Origin: Hemiscyllium ocellatum
Lineage: Eukaryota
Direction: 5' to 3'
Assembly: GCF_020745735.1 (NCBI RefSeq)
Contig: NC_083409.1
Coordinates: 22,712,048 to 22,776,047, forward strand
DNA length: 64,000 nt
The notes under the pieces: generated by a model
What the model saw: only the letters and a program-made list of their open reading frames with translations
Told to the model about the DNA's origin: nothing
The model's database searches: none
Part shown: positions 1 to 13,149 of the stretch, piece after piece
Layout: each line of letters begins with the position of its first letter
How positions within the stretch are numbered: position 1 is the first letter of the stretch
Made by a program: the position numbers and the translations under genes

Positions 1-2659
1 CAATGTCCTGTACAGCCGCAGCAGCTCCCAACTCCAATAATCATTGCACTGACCAATAAAGGAAAGCAAACCAAATGACTTTGTCACTCCCCTACCTACC
101 TGCAACTTCATCTTCAAGGAACTATTCTTCATTTTTTGGATGAACTGAGAGTCTTTCAGTTGTGAAAGATGCCATTCCATGGCACTATTGGATGAAGAGC
201 AGGCAGTTCCCCCTGGTGTCCCTGGTCAATATTTATCCCCCAGTCAAAATCACTCAGAATGTATTTCTCTGCTAATTATCACATGGTGTTTGGGATCTCA
301 CTGTGCACAGTCTGCTAGAAAGATCCAGTGGGACATCCTGAGCTGGGGGCAGGTGCTACACAAATGCAAGTCTTTCTTTAAGGGTTGGAGTCTCCTGATC
401 CGGATCCTCATCCATTGTCTGCGCACTCTCACCTTCCGGGGTCATGAGGTCATTAGGAGCAGTGACCCTATCTGACCCTAGGACACTGAGACTATTTGCA
501 GCCTCACCCTTGACCTCAGCCCAGCAGTGTGCAGCAAGGTTTGAAATATAATCTAGAACCTTCTACACAGATACCCAACGTGACTCTTTCCCGAAGTGTG
601 TGGATCCGAGTCTGCGCCAATGTTCTCGGACAAAGTTCTCCTGATCTGTGGGTGATCGGAGGTTTGTTAAAGAGATATTGAGCTCCATCCCACTTTCCAG
701 CTCTTGCTCCATAGCTCTGGAGGTTTCGCTGTTTCAAGTGAATATCTAAGTGTTTTTTCAATGTGATGAGGGTTTCTGCCTCTCCCACCCTTTCAGACAG
801 TGAGTCCCACATCCCACCAACCTCTGGGTGAAAACAAATACCCTCAACTCCCCTCTAATCCTGCCCCCAACTGATTTCAATCTCTCCCCAGGGTTATTGC
901 CCTCTGTGCTGGTGGAAATCAGTCCTTCCTACCCACTCTGTCCAAGCCCCTCATTATTTACACACCACCATCAAATCTCCCCTCAGCCTCCTGCGATCCA
1001 AAGAAAACAGTCCCAGCCAATCCAATCATTCCGCAAAGCTCAAAGCCCCCATTCCAGATAAACTACTCCTCTGTCCTGTAATGTGGTGACCAGAACCATA
1101 CACTGTTCCCTCACTGTGCTCTAACTGGGGTTTTATACAGTTCCAGAATAAACAAACTTCTTGCTTTCACAGTCAACCAAAAATGAGATAAGGGAGGTGA
1201 TGGTCTAATGGTGTTATTGCTGAGCTGTTAATCCAGAGATCCAGGTAATGTTCTGGGGACCAGGGTTAGAATCCAGCAGATGGTGGCATTCAAATTCAAT
1301 CAAGAAAATCTGCAATTAAGAGTCTAATGATGACCATGAAACAATTGTTGATTGTCAGGAAAAAGCATCTGATTCCCTAATGTCCTTTAGGGAAGGAAAC
1401 TACCATCCTTACCATGTGACCCCAGACCCACAGCAATGTGGGTGACTCTAAACTGCCCTTTGGGTGATTAGGGATGGGCAATAAATGCTGCCGATCCAGC
1501 AATGCCCTCATTCCATCAAGGGAAAAAGAAAAACAGTTTATCCCATGTGTCTTCTGAACCACCTCACTGACCTGCATTCATTAGTCACCATGGCCACATC
1601 TTCCAGCTCCACACCCATCTGACTTCCAGCTTCAAACTGACGAGAGACATTCCTTCATTATCTGAGAAACAGATCGAAAAATCAAACACAGGAGCAGCAG
1701 TAGGCCATTCGGCCCTTCAGGCCTGCTCCACCATTCAGTATGATCATGGCTGATCATCCAACACAGTCCCCTGTTATGCTTTCTCCCCACATTCTTTGAT
1801 CCCTTTAATCCTAAGAACTATATCTAATTCCTTCTTTAATACACATTGCATCTAATTCCCTTTTGCTGGAAAAATGGATGACAATTATTGGGTTGTTGTC
1901 TGTTGACCAGTATGGACGCAATTGGCTGATGAGCCTTTTCGGTCTCTATGAATCTTTGACCCTATTATTATATATTATGAATAACTGGGTACCAAGGACT
2001 GACCCCTGTGACACCCTAAGTTGTAATTACCTGCCATTCAGAAAAAGACTCCTTCTTTCTGTGCTGTCGGCCAACCAGTACCCAATCCATGTCAGGACAT
2101 GGCCCCAATCCTCTTGTTCATTTGGTCTAGATCTGGAAGTCCCACCTTTACTCTTTGTAGGAACAGATTCTGAATGATCTCTGACTCGTCCATCGAGGGC
2201 TCCCACTGCCCTGACACTGATTTCCCATCATGTCACTGCTTCCAGTCCACTTTTACCAAAGCACCACACAGTTTAGTTAAATGAAAACTTTTACACTTAC
2301 TGCACTTCCATCCATAGTCTCATTCTCACTGAGTTTTGAGCACTGTCGCTGAAATGCTCCCCCAGTGATAACCCTTCCAGTTGCTCACAGTCATTCCATA
2401 AACAATGGTCTAAAACTGTCCCTTTTTCTCAGCTGCTTCACCATCACCTTCTCAGGGGCAATTAGGGATGGGCAATAAATGCTGGCCCTGCCAGTGACCC
2501 TCACATTCCCAAGAAGCAATTTGAACAATGCCTGTTCATTTGTCAGGTTTATTCTGTATTGACCAAAAATGTTCAAAAAGATTGTATTGCCAGTGAATAT
2601 TGTGAAGGTTGAATTCCCTTCGAATGACAGGGATTAAAATTGCTCCTCTTATCTTTCAG

Positions 2660-2988
2660 GCCGTGACAACTCTCAGCCCAAGCTGACCCTGCTGCCTCCC
2701 TCCCCGGAGCAGGTCAATGCCAAGGGCACTGCCACCCTGGTGTGCCTTGCCAATCACTTCTATCCCGATGAGCTGGAGGTGCAGTGGAAGAAGGACGGTG
2801 CAGTCATTTCGGACGGGGTTCAGACCAGCAACTACCTGCGAGCTTCGGACAGCACCTACAGTGTCAGCAGCCTGCTGACCCTCTCTGGGTCTGACTGGGA
2901 GTCCAACGCTCGCTTCTCCTGTGCCCTCACCCACGTGACCCTCCCCTCTCCCCTCAGCAAGAGCATCAGGAGATCAGAATGTGTGTAG
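2660..2988 (+). CDS. IGKC: Ig light-chain constant exon, kappa/type III (NS4-like), copy 1
   Basis: Acceptor ctcttatctttcAG at 2658-2659. Phase-1 exon xRDNSQPKLTLLPPSPEQVNAKGTATLVCLANHFYPDELEVQWKKDG...YSVSSLLTL...FSCALTH...RSECV*. C1-set Cys/Trp/Cys and the penultimate heavy-chain-linking Cys are intact. Confidence 0.93.
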
Positions 2989-3518
2989 AGTGTTGGAGAC
3001 AGTCCACAGAGGAGACACAACTTTAAATAGAACAGGGCTGAGCTGGCAGGACAAAGGTCATTGTCAGCACTGAATTTCAACTCTCTTCCTTCTCAGGACT
3101 GGCTCAGAGAACCTTCTGAGGTTTGGATGTTAAAGCAGGTCATTGTGACAGTGTCAAGAGAGCTTTACGCTGTGTCAAACTCCATGCTGTACCTTGTCCT
3201 GGGAGTGTTTGATGGGGACATGGTTGACTTGTGATGCCAAGTAAAATCTCTTGAAGTTGCTGAAGACTGTCAGCTGTACAAAACAATGTGGACCTCAGAA
3301 TTCTCTGCTTCAGTAAACCAGATCTCCTTCCTGCTCAGCCGCCAGTTCAAATTTAAAGTTTGGTCACTGTTTAAAGGGACAGGATTATCGTGTTATTGAG
3401 AAAATCTCCACAAGTGTTTTTCTCAAGCTCCAATGTGGCTGTGAATTTGTGCAGCTTCCTCTATCTGGGCTGTTAATTGCAGTTGTTTTTTTTCTGTCAA
3501 TGTAAATCTGGAAAAGGG

Positions 3519-3524
3519 AATAAA
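3519..3524 (+). promoter_or_regulatory. Probable polyadenylation signal of C-kappa copy 1
   Basis: AATAAA followed by a GT-rich tract; conserved at 35657-35662 and in the inverted remnant. Confidence 0.65.
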
Positions 3525-4007
3525 GGTGAAGATTCAGTCTCTGTCTGGTGTATGCTTTGGAAATAGATGACCTCCCCCACACCTCAGTTGATTGGCTGCA
3601 TTTCAGCAGGTCATTGTCAAGATTGGCTGGTTGGCCTGTCAATCAATTACAATTATCAATCATTAATCATTCCAAAAAGAACAGAAACTGAAAGCTGTTA
3701 GGACTCAATAAGTACAATCTGATGCATTCCCTCTTCACTTTGTTGGTCCAGGCCCAGCTGATGGGATCGTACTGTGCAATCTCTGCTACATGTTGGTAAG
3801 CTGCTGAAACAATCTCCTGCCATTCACCAACATTGTCGGCCTTATGTGTCTCTCTGAGCGTGATTGTTTAATTTAATGTTGCCTGTAGGTCTCTGAGTGT
3901 GGGTTTGTTACTCAGTGAGACACCCACAGACAGCACTGAGCAACAACACCCACATTCGGAGACTCCTGCAGGCAGCATGGAGTGTGAGCAGTGCTGCTCT
4001 CTCTCTC

Positions 4008-4135
4008 AGTGTGTGTGTTACTCTGTGCTGCCTGTAGGTGTCTCTCTCAGTGTGAGTGTGTTACTCTGTGCAGCCTGTAGGTGTCTCTCTCCGTGTGAGT
4101 GTGCTACTCTGTGCTGCCTGTAGGTGTCTCTCTGA
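4008..4135. repeat. Short tandem repeat, ~3 x 41-43 bp
   Basis: Unit cagtgtgagtgtgttactctgtgctgcctgtaggtgtctctct; a related array lies at ~36095-36235 in the paralogous block. Confidence 0.75.
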
Positions 4136-5412
4136 GGTCTGTGTCTCCGAGCGATCGATTGAGAATGGGCTTTGTGCTGGGGATTGAAGATTAGGCTTTA
4201 ATCTTCTCAAATCATGAATGAAAAACAGTTCAGACTTGTGCCCGAAACATCGAATTTCCTGTTCCTTGGATGCTGCCTGACCTGCTGCACTTTAACCAGC
4301 CACACATTTACTACAAAGTCACAGATTCCCATATCTAACTGGACCACACCTCCTCCCATTCAGTATCCTGCAAGAACTCCATCCCATTCTTCCAATTCCT
4401 CTGCCTCCGCCCCATCTGCTCAGATGAGGAGACCTTCCACTGACCATAGATGTCCACCTATTACGAACAACGTGCTTTTCCTCCTTCTGTCATCCAACGC
4501 ACTCCTCCCTTTCCCACTCCACTGCTCTTAATCCAGCCCCCTCCAAACACAATTAAAACAGAGTCCCCATTGTCCTCACCTATGAGCCCACCTATCTCCG
4601 TATCCAAAACATCATCCTTAAACACTTCTGCTAACTCCAACTAGACCACACCACCAAATACATCTTCCTCTCCCCACCACTGGATGCCTTCCATAAGGAC
4701 CATTCTCTTTGACAATTCTTGGTTTGCGTCACTCTCCCACCTACCCTCCCGAATCCCAGGTACCTTCCCTGCTACTCAAAACGATGCAAAGCCTGCCGGT
4801 ACTCTAATCCCTCACCTCCATCCAGGGCCCCAAGCAGTCCTTCCAGGTGAGACAGAGGTTCACCTGCCTCTCCTCCAACCTAATTCACTGCACCAGGTGC
4901 TCCCGATGTAGTCTTCTCTACATCGGGAAGACCAAACATAAACTTAGGGAATGGTTCACCGAGCATCTTAGCTGGGACCGGAGGGGCTGACTTGACCTCC
5001 CAGTCACTATCTATTTTAATTCCCCTTCCCACTCCCTTTCTGAAATGACCATCCTTGGCCCCCTCCATTGGCACAACAAACCAAACTGCAAACTGAAGGA
5101 ACAACACCCCATATTACGCCTGGGCGGCTGACAGCCCAGAGGACTCAACATTGAGTTCTTCAATTTCATATAACCACCCTTCCCACTCCCCTGTCTCCCT
5201 TCCAAATCTCTCTCCCTCCCTTCCACTCCTTCCTGCCAGCTACCGCATTCATTCCTCCCATTGACCAACCAGGTCATAACCTCTACCTGTCATCACCAAT
5301 CCCCACTTCATCATCCTGTCCCTGCCACCCCCTTTATCTTAGCTCTCCCTACACCACCACCCCCCCCGCCCCCCATTCTTGAAAAAGAGTTACACACCGA
5401 AATGTCAACTAA

Positions 5413-5707
5413 GGCGGCACGGTGGCTCAGTGGTTAGCACTGCTGCCTCACAGCACCAGGCACCTGGGTTCAATTCCCGCCAGTCTATGTGGAGTTTGCA
5501 CATTCTCCCTGTATCTGCCTGGGTTTCCTCCGAGTGCTCCAGTTTCCTCCCATAATCCAAAAATGTGCAGGTCAGGTGAATTGGCTGTGCTAAACTGCCC
5601 ACAGTGTTAGTCAGGGGTAAATATTGAGTAGAGGAATAGGTTTGGGCGGGTTGCTCTTCGGAGAGGCGGTGGAGACTTGTTGGGCTGAAGGGCCTGTTTC
5701 CACACTG
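5413..5707 (+). mobile_element. HE1-type tRNA-derived SINE
   Basis: A-box TGGCTCAGTGG, B-box GGTTCAATTCC, typical body. Confidence 0.85.
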
Positions 5708-5714
5708 TAGAGAA

Positions 5715-6034
5715 GGGGGCAGCATGGTGGCTCAGTGGTTAGCACTGCTGCCTCACAGCACCAGGGTCCCAGGTTTGATTCCAGCCTTAGACGACTGTCT
5801 GTGTGGATTTTGCACATTCTCCCTGTGTCTGCATGGGTTTTCTCCGGGTGCTCTGGTTTCCTCCCACAGTCCAAAGATGTGCAGATCAGGTGAATTGGCC
5901 ATGATAAATTGCCCATCGTGTTAGGTGCATTATCCAGAGGGGAAATGGGTCTGTGTGGGTTACTCTTTGGGGTAAGTGTGGACTGGTTGGGCTGAAGGGC
6001 CTGTTTCCATACTGCCGGGAATCTAATCTAATCT
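5715..6034 (+). mobile_element. HE1-type SINE, tandem to the previous copy
   Basis: A/B boxes; (AATCT)3 tail. Confidence 0.85.
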
Positions 6035-6981
6035 ACTCCGCTGCCTGGCTTGCTGTGTTCCTCCAGCCTCCTCCCTGTCTACATTGAATGGGGACAGCAG
6101 GAAAGGGCTGAACAATCAAGTATCAGGGCCATAAACAAATGGGACATGAAACAGATAGATGCATTGAGGTGGTCATTCACAAAGAGAAAACCAAACTGGA
6201 AATGAAACATTCAGACACCGTGGACCGAATTTAATATCAGAAAATGTGAGACCATGCACTTTGGTCAGAATAATCTAAAGGCCGACTATTATTTAAATTG
6301 TGAGAGATTCCAACAAAGTACAGTACAGAGTGATCTGGGTGTTCTTGTGCATGGGACACTGAAAGTTAGTGCAGGTACAGCAAGGAATTGAGAAGGCAAA
6401 TGGAATTTTCACCTTTATTGCTGGGGGTTGGAATTTAAAAGTGGAGAAGTCTTGTTAAAACTGTACAGTGTGTTAGTGAGCCTGCATTTGGATTATTGTG
6501 TGCAATTTTGGTCCCTGTATTTAAGAAAAGATGGATAGCCATTGGAGTCTCCCTCCTGCTCCTATTTCCCATGTCCTTGTGTGCTCCAGTGTCCTTCCCT
6601 CACAGCAGAGCTGGTTGGAGCCTGCCTGCAGTAACAGCCTCCAGTCTCTGGGTGGTGCTGCCAAATGATCTGCCTTGCCCAAGCTGTCACAGTTCCCACG
6701 TTACAACAATATCAGAAGTATTCCATTGGCTGCAAAACATTTTCAAACATCTTATGTTCAAGGACGGTATAACAGAAATATAATTCTCTCTCTTTTTATA
6801 TTTTATCTCCATGCCTTCCCATCTATTACCTAACAACATTCTACACTTGTGTCAAGTCCAGAATTAATCATGAATCTCTGGGAGAGCTTAATCTATGACA
6901 ACACTGGGATTAATGACCACCTCCTCAGTGGGCTTTGTGGGTGAAGGTCAAGAGCAGTCTCATTGTGAGTCAATCAGTGTT

Positions 6982-7262
6982 TTAGATTAGATTAGATTAC
7001 TTACAGTGTGGAAACAGGCCGTTCGGCCCAACAAGTCCACACCGACCCGCCAAAGCGCAACCCACCCATACCCCTACATTTACCCCTTTTACCTAAGACT
7101 ATGGGCAATTTAGCATGGTCTGTGGGAGGAAACCAGAGCACCCAGAGGAAACCGACGCAGACACGGGGAGAATGTGCAAACTCCACACAGTCGCCTGAGT
7201 CGGGAATTGAACCCGGGTCTCTGGCGCTGTGAGGCAGCAGTGCTAACCACTGTGCCACCATG
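6982..7262 (-). mobile_element. HE1-type SINE
   Basis: Reverse-complement A/B boxes; (AGATT)n tail. Confidence 0.85.
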
Positions 7263-9235
7263 CCACCCACTATTGTTATTGTTCTGGGTAGAGACAGTAC
7301 AGACCAACCTCAGACCCTGTAATCTGATTGAGATGAAGGGTTAGCTCTACACCTGGCTCACACACATAGTGAAGCAGGGATTCCCCATATTGCGAGAGTA
7401 AATGGAACTAACAAACTGGGTGGGCGTGACACCCCCACCCTGTCCCCAAGAGAGTGGGGGCAGGAACAGTAATGTTCTCAGAGAGAAAGGATAGTAAAAA
7501 TGGGACAACACAGAGAGAGGACAGGAAGCATGACACTCCCCAGAGACAGGCAAACAGTATCTGTCTGCTCCCCACTTTCTTGTTGTGACATATGTCGTTG
7601 GGAAATTGGTTTGGTTTATATTTTCTCAATTGTATTTAGGTTTGCTGAGGTGATTTGGTAACAATGATTCCAATTCCATATTTTGTGTGGCAGCAGATCT
7701 ACTGAAGGTCATCCTTTCATTTGGAGGTTGCCCAGGTTTCTGTCCAGGCTGATGCAGTATGGTCTACAGTGCTGCTCCTATTGGGCTAATCCATCACACA
7801 CGAGGGAATCTGACAGACACCTTCTCTTTGTGCTGGCAAAGGAAGACATTTGTTTATACTGTAATTGCGGCCAAAGAATTTAGTTAGTGGACGTAATTCC
7901 AGCTGAATATAATGTTCTGATGTTCATGATGGGATTAATCATGACAGTTCCCACTTGCCTTTACACTGATGGTGGAACAGGAAGCCACCATGCAGTGATC
8001 TCCTGGCTCACACTGAGAAACAAAGTTGATGGTATAACTGCAGAGAGCAAGACAATGGCTTGGACTCACCGAACAACCAGAGGCTTCAGCCAACAACTGG
8101 GTCACAGGCAAATGGCGTGTTGTATAAACTCTCAGTATCTCAGGGAACAAACACAACTACTGAGTTACAAAGCTGAACAAGACTTTTTATGAAAATTGGC
8201 ATTCCAAAAATAAATTCCAAACACAATATGTGTAAATATTGAGTGCAATCTCATTACAAAGACTACATCATTTTCATTGAAAGCTGGACGATAATGAGAT
8301 GAGAATTCAAACAACCACCCACTCTATCACACGGTGTTCTCATCATAACACATTTGCAAGCCTCTTAAAACATGGAAGGAGAGGGAAACATTGCAAACTA
8401 TATTACCATGAGTGAGGATCCATTAAAAACTAGGATCATGATGTTAAATGCTCCCAGCCATAAACAACACTGATGCATTCACATCATTAGTTTGTTAAAT
8501 GATGTTAAAAAGTCTGCCAACCACTTTCATGAAGAAGAAATATTGAAATCTCAAGAGGCAATGATGACTTTTTTTCAGGACTATAGTACGGAAGCAGCAG
8601 CTGACATATGAACTCCAACAAACTAATGATAACAGGCACTGAATACAGAGCAGGCCCCTGAGAGAGAGAGAAAAATCAACAGCAGAGATCTGTCCAGTGC
8701 TGGGAGCATTTTAGACAAGACGCCTTGTTGCCAGCAAGTTACTGCAGCTTGAAAACTCCAGTACGGTCAGAAAGAGAAAAAGGACAATGTGCAGATTGTT
8801 GAACAGGCCCCTACACCTGGGCCTGAGGCAGGAGCCCAAGCTCCAACACACTGGCCTCACTTCACACCAACCTTCACACAGTGCGGGGTCATGAACTCCG
8901 GCCATCAATCCCTCTGGGACCGGGATGGAGTGAGGGAACAGGGACAATTGTAGAAGAGTCAATAAGGAGTAAAGCAAGATGGAGAGGGTGTGTTGGAAAG
9001 GGGTTAGAGGAGGAAATATACTTTGTGCCACTCAGTACAGACATCATCTACGTGTATCACAGAATGAACAAACAAAAGTCACACCGAAGTACTTTTCTTA
9101 TCACAGGGGACCTTTTCATTGTAGTGTGATAAGTACCCTGCTTCTGAAGCTGTACACTCTCTCTCTGGGTCTCTACAGATTGAGCCTGTTCGCTCCAAGC
9201 AGAGTCCCACTTTACTGATCAGGGACAGTGAAGCA

Positions 9236-9253
9236 GCTGCCCTCTAGTGGCGA
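9236..9253 (-). promoter_or_regulatory. Candidate CTCF site
   Basis: Reverse complement TCGCCACTAGAGGGCAGC matches the core CCASYAGRKGGCRS. Confidence 0.55.
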
Positions 9254-12069
9254 GAGAGCGCTTGCACTGCTGCTGAGGATTATGGGTAAAGTCCCCTCCC
9301 ATTCGCGCCCACACAAACCAGCAGCCACTTCAGCTGCTTTATTATAAACCACAAGCTGTCAAGGCGCTGTTCTTTCAACGGTGGAACTGGACGCATGGTC
9401 ATACGAATTAGGGACAAATGAAGGAGATTCATCCTCTTCAGCCTGCTCCCCATGGCTGACCTGATTATTCACCTTCTTACCTTACTCTGACAGATTTTTG
9501 AGAAGCAATGACTGTCTACTTCTTCACTACAAGCATTCAGAGGTTTCAATTTCAATTCCAAAGACCTATGACCTTTGTCAGAAATCAAAACCCTGCTCAT
9601 CTAGATCTTAAATGAGGGAACTTATTTTAGTTTTATATTCTTCCTGAAAAGGAAGCATTGTTTTCACAGCCACGCTGTATTCTATGCTCTTGTTGATATG
9701 ACATCTGCTTTAATCAGCTGCTCTCCCATGAGAACAGCAGCCTATCCTGTCACCTTCAGTGACTGATGCACAGAAACATCCAGGTCCTACTGCCCCTACA
9801 CCCACCCATACTTGTACCCTTTAGTTTGTTTTGTCTCTCCATGTTTTCCTTCCAAAATGAATCAGTGACATCTCTTTCTGTTAAATTCTATCTGTGACCA
9901 TTTGTTCATCCCATTACCTATACCCTTTTTGAAGTTCCACACTATCTTTTTCATGAGTCGCAGTAGATCCAAGTTTCATACCATCAGCAAATTTTGAAAC
10001 CCTGCCTTGTGCACTCAGATTTAAATATTTTAAATAATTTTTAGAATGAACTATTTTATAAACTATTTTAAATCAAGCCTCAAATTTATTGCCCATCTCT
10101 AGTTGCTTGGACTGAGTTCTGAGCCAGATTATGGGGCTGTTAAGAATGAATCACGTCACTGTGGGACTGGAGTCACAGACAGGGTGATGACTGGGTTCCC
10201 TTGTCCAAACTACATTCATGAACATGACATTGAGTTTCCTGGGTTTTTTGTTCAGATCCCAGCACCTTCCTTCCCAGATATTACATGGCTCACCACCGCC
10301 CTCTCCAGGACAATTAGGGAAGTACAACAAATAGCAGCCATTTTTGTGCCCGCCCATCCCAGGAGAAATCAAAATAAATGAGATACACTTCAAATGATCA
10401 AACTGGTGTGTCTTGAATTCATCTCTTTGAAAAACTGGAGCCTAGGCGAGAAATAGAGCCATGACATGGGTGACCCTGGTTTGTCAGACTGAAAGGTGGA
10501 GTGTCCTTCGGATTGACACTGGGATCAGACACAAAATGAATTACACTCAAAGACCGAACACACGGCTATCAAAGCGGGTCACCAAACTGCAAAGAGCAGC
10601 AATTTATCTGGAAGAACTCAACAGGTATCAGTGGGTGTAAGTGCTTTCGGCAGGCAAGTGTCAGATATTGTTGAACACACAAGAAACACAGTCACACAGA
10701 AAGGAAAGCTATTGGGATAGAGCAGGGAAACGGGAATAACTGAATTTCTCCACTGAGAGCTGGAAGAAGTTTTCTTGGTTGTAACTCCTCTGAGAACAAT
10801 AAAGGTTGAAGGGCCGTTTATATTATAGACAACACTGCAGCACGCAAGAAAGGATGTTGAGTGACAGATCTCCTTTAAATTGGAAACAATATCAGAAATA
10901 AAGGTCAATGTGATTTTGGATTGAATATTGAGAGTGAGGAGATGGAGGGGAGAGTGACCATGGCAGCTGTCCTGAAGAATGGTTAGGTCATGGCTAGAAT
11001 GGTGCACAGTTAGAGGCTGCTTTGAGATACAATACATAATGGGACGTGGACAGGGGATCAAGGGTCACAAGAAATGTGCAGGATAGCAAATGGAAAATAC
11101 CATGGAAATTGCAGGATTACACGGATAGGGTCGGGGAGGTGTGGGTCGGGGTGGGGTGACCTTCAAAGGGTCGGTATGAGCTTGCTGTGCTGTGTGGCCT
11201 GCTTCCATTCTGTAGGAATTCCTCGATTCTGTGATTCTATGAAGGCCAGAACAGGATCTCAACAGTGGATGGAGGGTATTCTGATGTTCAAAAATTCTTA
11301 AACAAATAAACACAGTAAATGTAGATTTATCGTCAGTGCAGACAAACTGAAAGGCAAAATGACTTATTCTCCAGTCATATACCAGGTACAGAAAAGAGAT
11401 CAGGAAAAACATTTTGATGCAGTTATTGGAACTTAATGATGAATGATGATAAACAGAGTGCTCCATTCAAAAAAAGACAGAATTACTTTTTAGAATTTCA
11501 CTAGGCCTGAAGCAAAAGAGGAAATCAGGATCAAACAGTAATTTGAGAATATAGTACTTGAGTGAGACAAGATCCTTCTTGTGAAAACATTTCATTTTGC
11601 CTTGCTTTCTCTCCATGGATGCTGCCTGACCCACTGGGATCTCCAGAGTTTTGCTGCGCTATTTCTTACAAAATGTCTTGTTGTGTGCAAGACAAAAGCT
11701 TTGACAAAATGTCTCTTTTTTTTCAGCAACACTTGAATTTGGATCAGTTTGGAGAGAAAGCAGGGCCATGGAATCATCTTTCCCTGCAGGGAGGGAGGGA
11801 GTGTGTGTGGAATCTCCCATGGGCAGGGTTCTCCTGGCTGCCACCACATCAGGAAGGCTGGAGCTTGATGATTGAACTGAATGGACAGGGCTCACTCTCA
11901 CAGCCCTCAGGGCCATGGAGCCCCTTGTGATGGGGGCATCTGCTTGGTGTCAGGGCAGACAATGACATTGCAGTGGGATTGGAAATGGAACAACTCGACA
12001 ATGGATGCTGCACAATGGCTGCACTGCCTCTTCCTCTCTGCCTGATCCCTCCCCACACACAGGAGAAGC

Positions 12070-12830
12070 TGCATTAGGAGCCTGTTCTAAAGGGCTACAC
12101 AACACTGCAGCACTCCCAAACTGCAAAGAGAAGAACAGTTCTACAAAGACTTTGCCAAGAACAGATATTCCTGCAACTTCATCCACAGATGCCGAACAGA
12201 CAAACAACGCGATGGGGACATGCCACGACCTAACACACTAGCCACACTACCTTATATAAAAACATCACAGAACTGACAGCTAGACTTCTCCAACCATTCA
12301 TAAACTGCCCAGAAACTGACAGCCACGCTCAGACAACTCACGAGAACAAAAGGCCCAATACCCACCGTGTGAAAGACAGATGTAATTTACAAGAATCCAT
12401 GCAACGTTTGCACGAAACACCTCGGACAAACAGGCAGACAACTAGCCACCCACATCCATGAACACCAACGAGCCACTAAACCCCATGAGCAGCTGTCCCG
12501 AGTAGCTATACACACAGATGACAAGGACCACAAATTCGATTAGGCCAACACTATGATCATAGGACAAGCTCAACAGAGGGCAGCCAGAGAATTTCTAGAA
12601 CCATGGGCTCCATCAATAAACACATTGACCTAGACCCAGCACACTGACCACTGCAACGAACATCAGGAACCAGTAACTGGAAACAGCAGGAATGGAACCA
12701 AATAAATTCCAGAAGACACAGCACAACAGCACTTCACAGGAAGCTCCAAAGCTCTGAAGGTGTCACTGAGACAGGGGACAAAATGTCTACAAATCAACTT
12801 CCCAGCTCGGTGAGCATACCCACAACTACA
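12070..12830 (+). mobile_element. Penelope-like 3' fragment (GIY-YIG plus terminal repeat)
   Basis: Decayed NPCNVC..LGQTGRQLATHIHEHQ; same family as 19935-21492. Confidence 0.75.
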
Positions 12831-13149
12831 GCAAGAGTGAGGGGTTTTCCTGTCCTACAGTGCTCTCCAAATCCTTACCTGCCCTCCTCATTGTCATACC
12901 CTCCTGCCCCTTACTACACATGGAATGGGACTGCCTGGTCCTGAGGCTTATAACATCCTTCTGGAACAAAGTCTCCAGGTATCTCTGCACCTCCCTGACG
13001 TGTCACCAATACTTTCAACTCAGCCTCCAATCCAAACACCCTGTGTGGGAATTGTTGTAATTTATACATTCACTACAGATGTGTTTAATCTGGGTCACTT
13101 TAACTCAATAAAGAAATATAGATCCCACTTACAAATGAAAGATACCCAT

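Larger units (their letters stand above)
290..4150 (+). repeat. Segmental duplication, left block (paralog ~33020-36300) containing C-kappa
   Basis: Colinear unique sequence and shared old repeats upstream and downstream of both C exons; roughly 75-85% identity by eye outside the exon. Confidence 0.85.
4215..6080 (+). mobile_element. Decayed Penelope-like element, terminal repeat interrupted by two SINEs
   Basis: Homologous to 57835-59265. Terminal-repeat remnants at ~4235-4300, ~5380-5410 and ~6036-6070. Confidence 0.7.
6080..10600 (+). repeat. Segmental duplication, right block (paralog ~43495-48140, inside a RABGAP1L intron)
   Basis: Colinear matches, e.g. 6082~43495, 7650-8200~45100-45700, 8780-9070~46065-46355, 10074-10590~47610-48140. 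Confidence 0.85.

Noticed and set aside
1274-1292. CTCF-like CCAGCAGATGGTGG (similar near 60236)
   Set aside because: Embedded in a common interspersed repeat and only a partial match.
5413-5500. tRNA genes at SINE heads
   Set aside because: A/B boxes are followed by the SINE body, with no complete cloverleaf.
9360-9410. J-like reading FNGGTGR after CGCTGTT
   Set aside because: Not FGxG, poor nonamer, no GT donor, not evident in the paralog.
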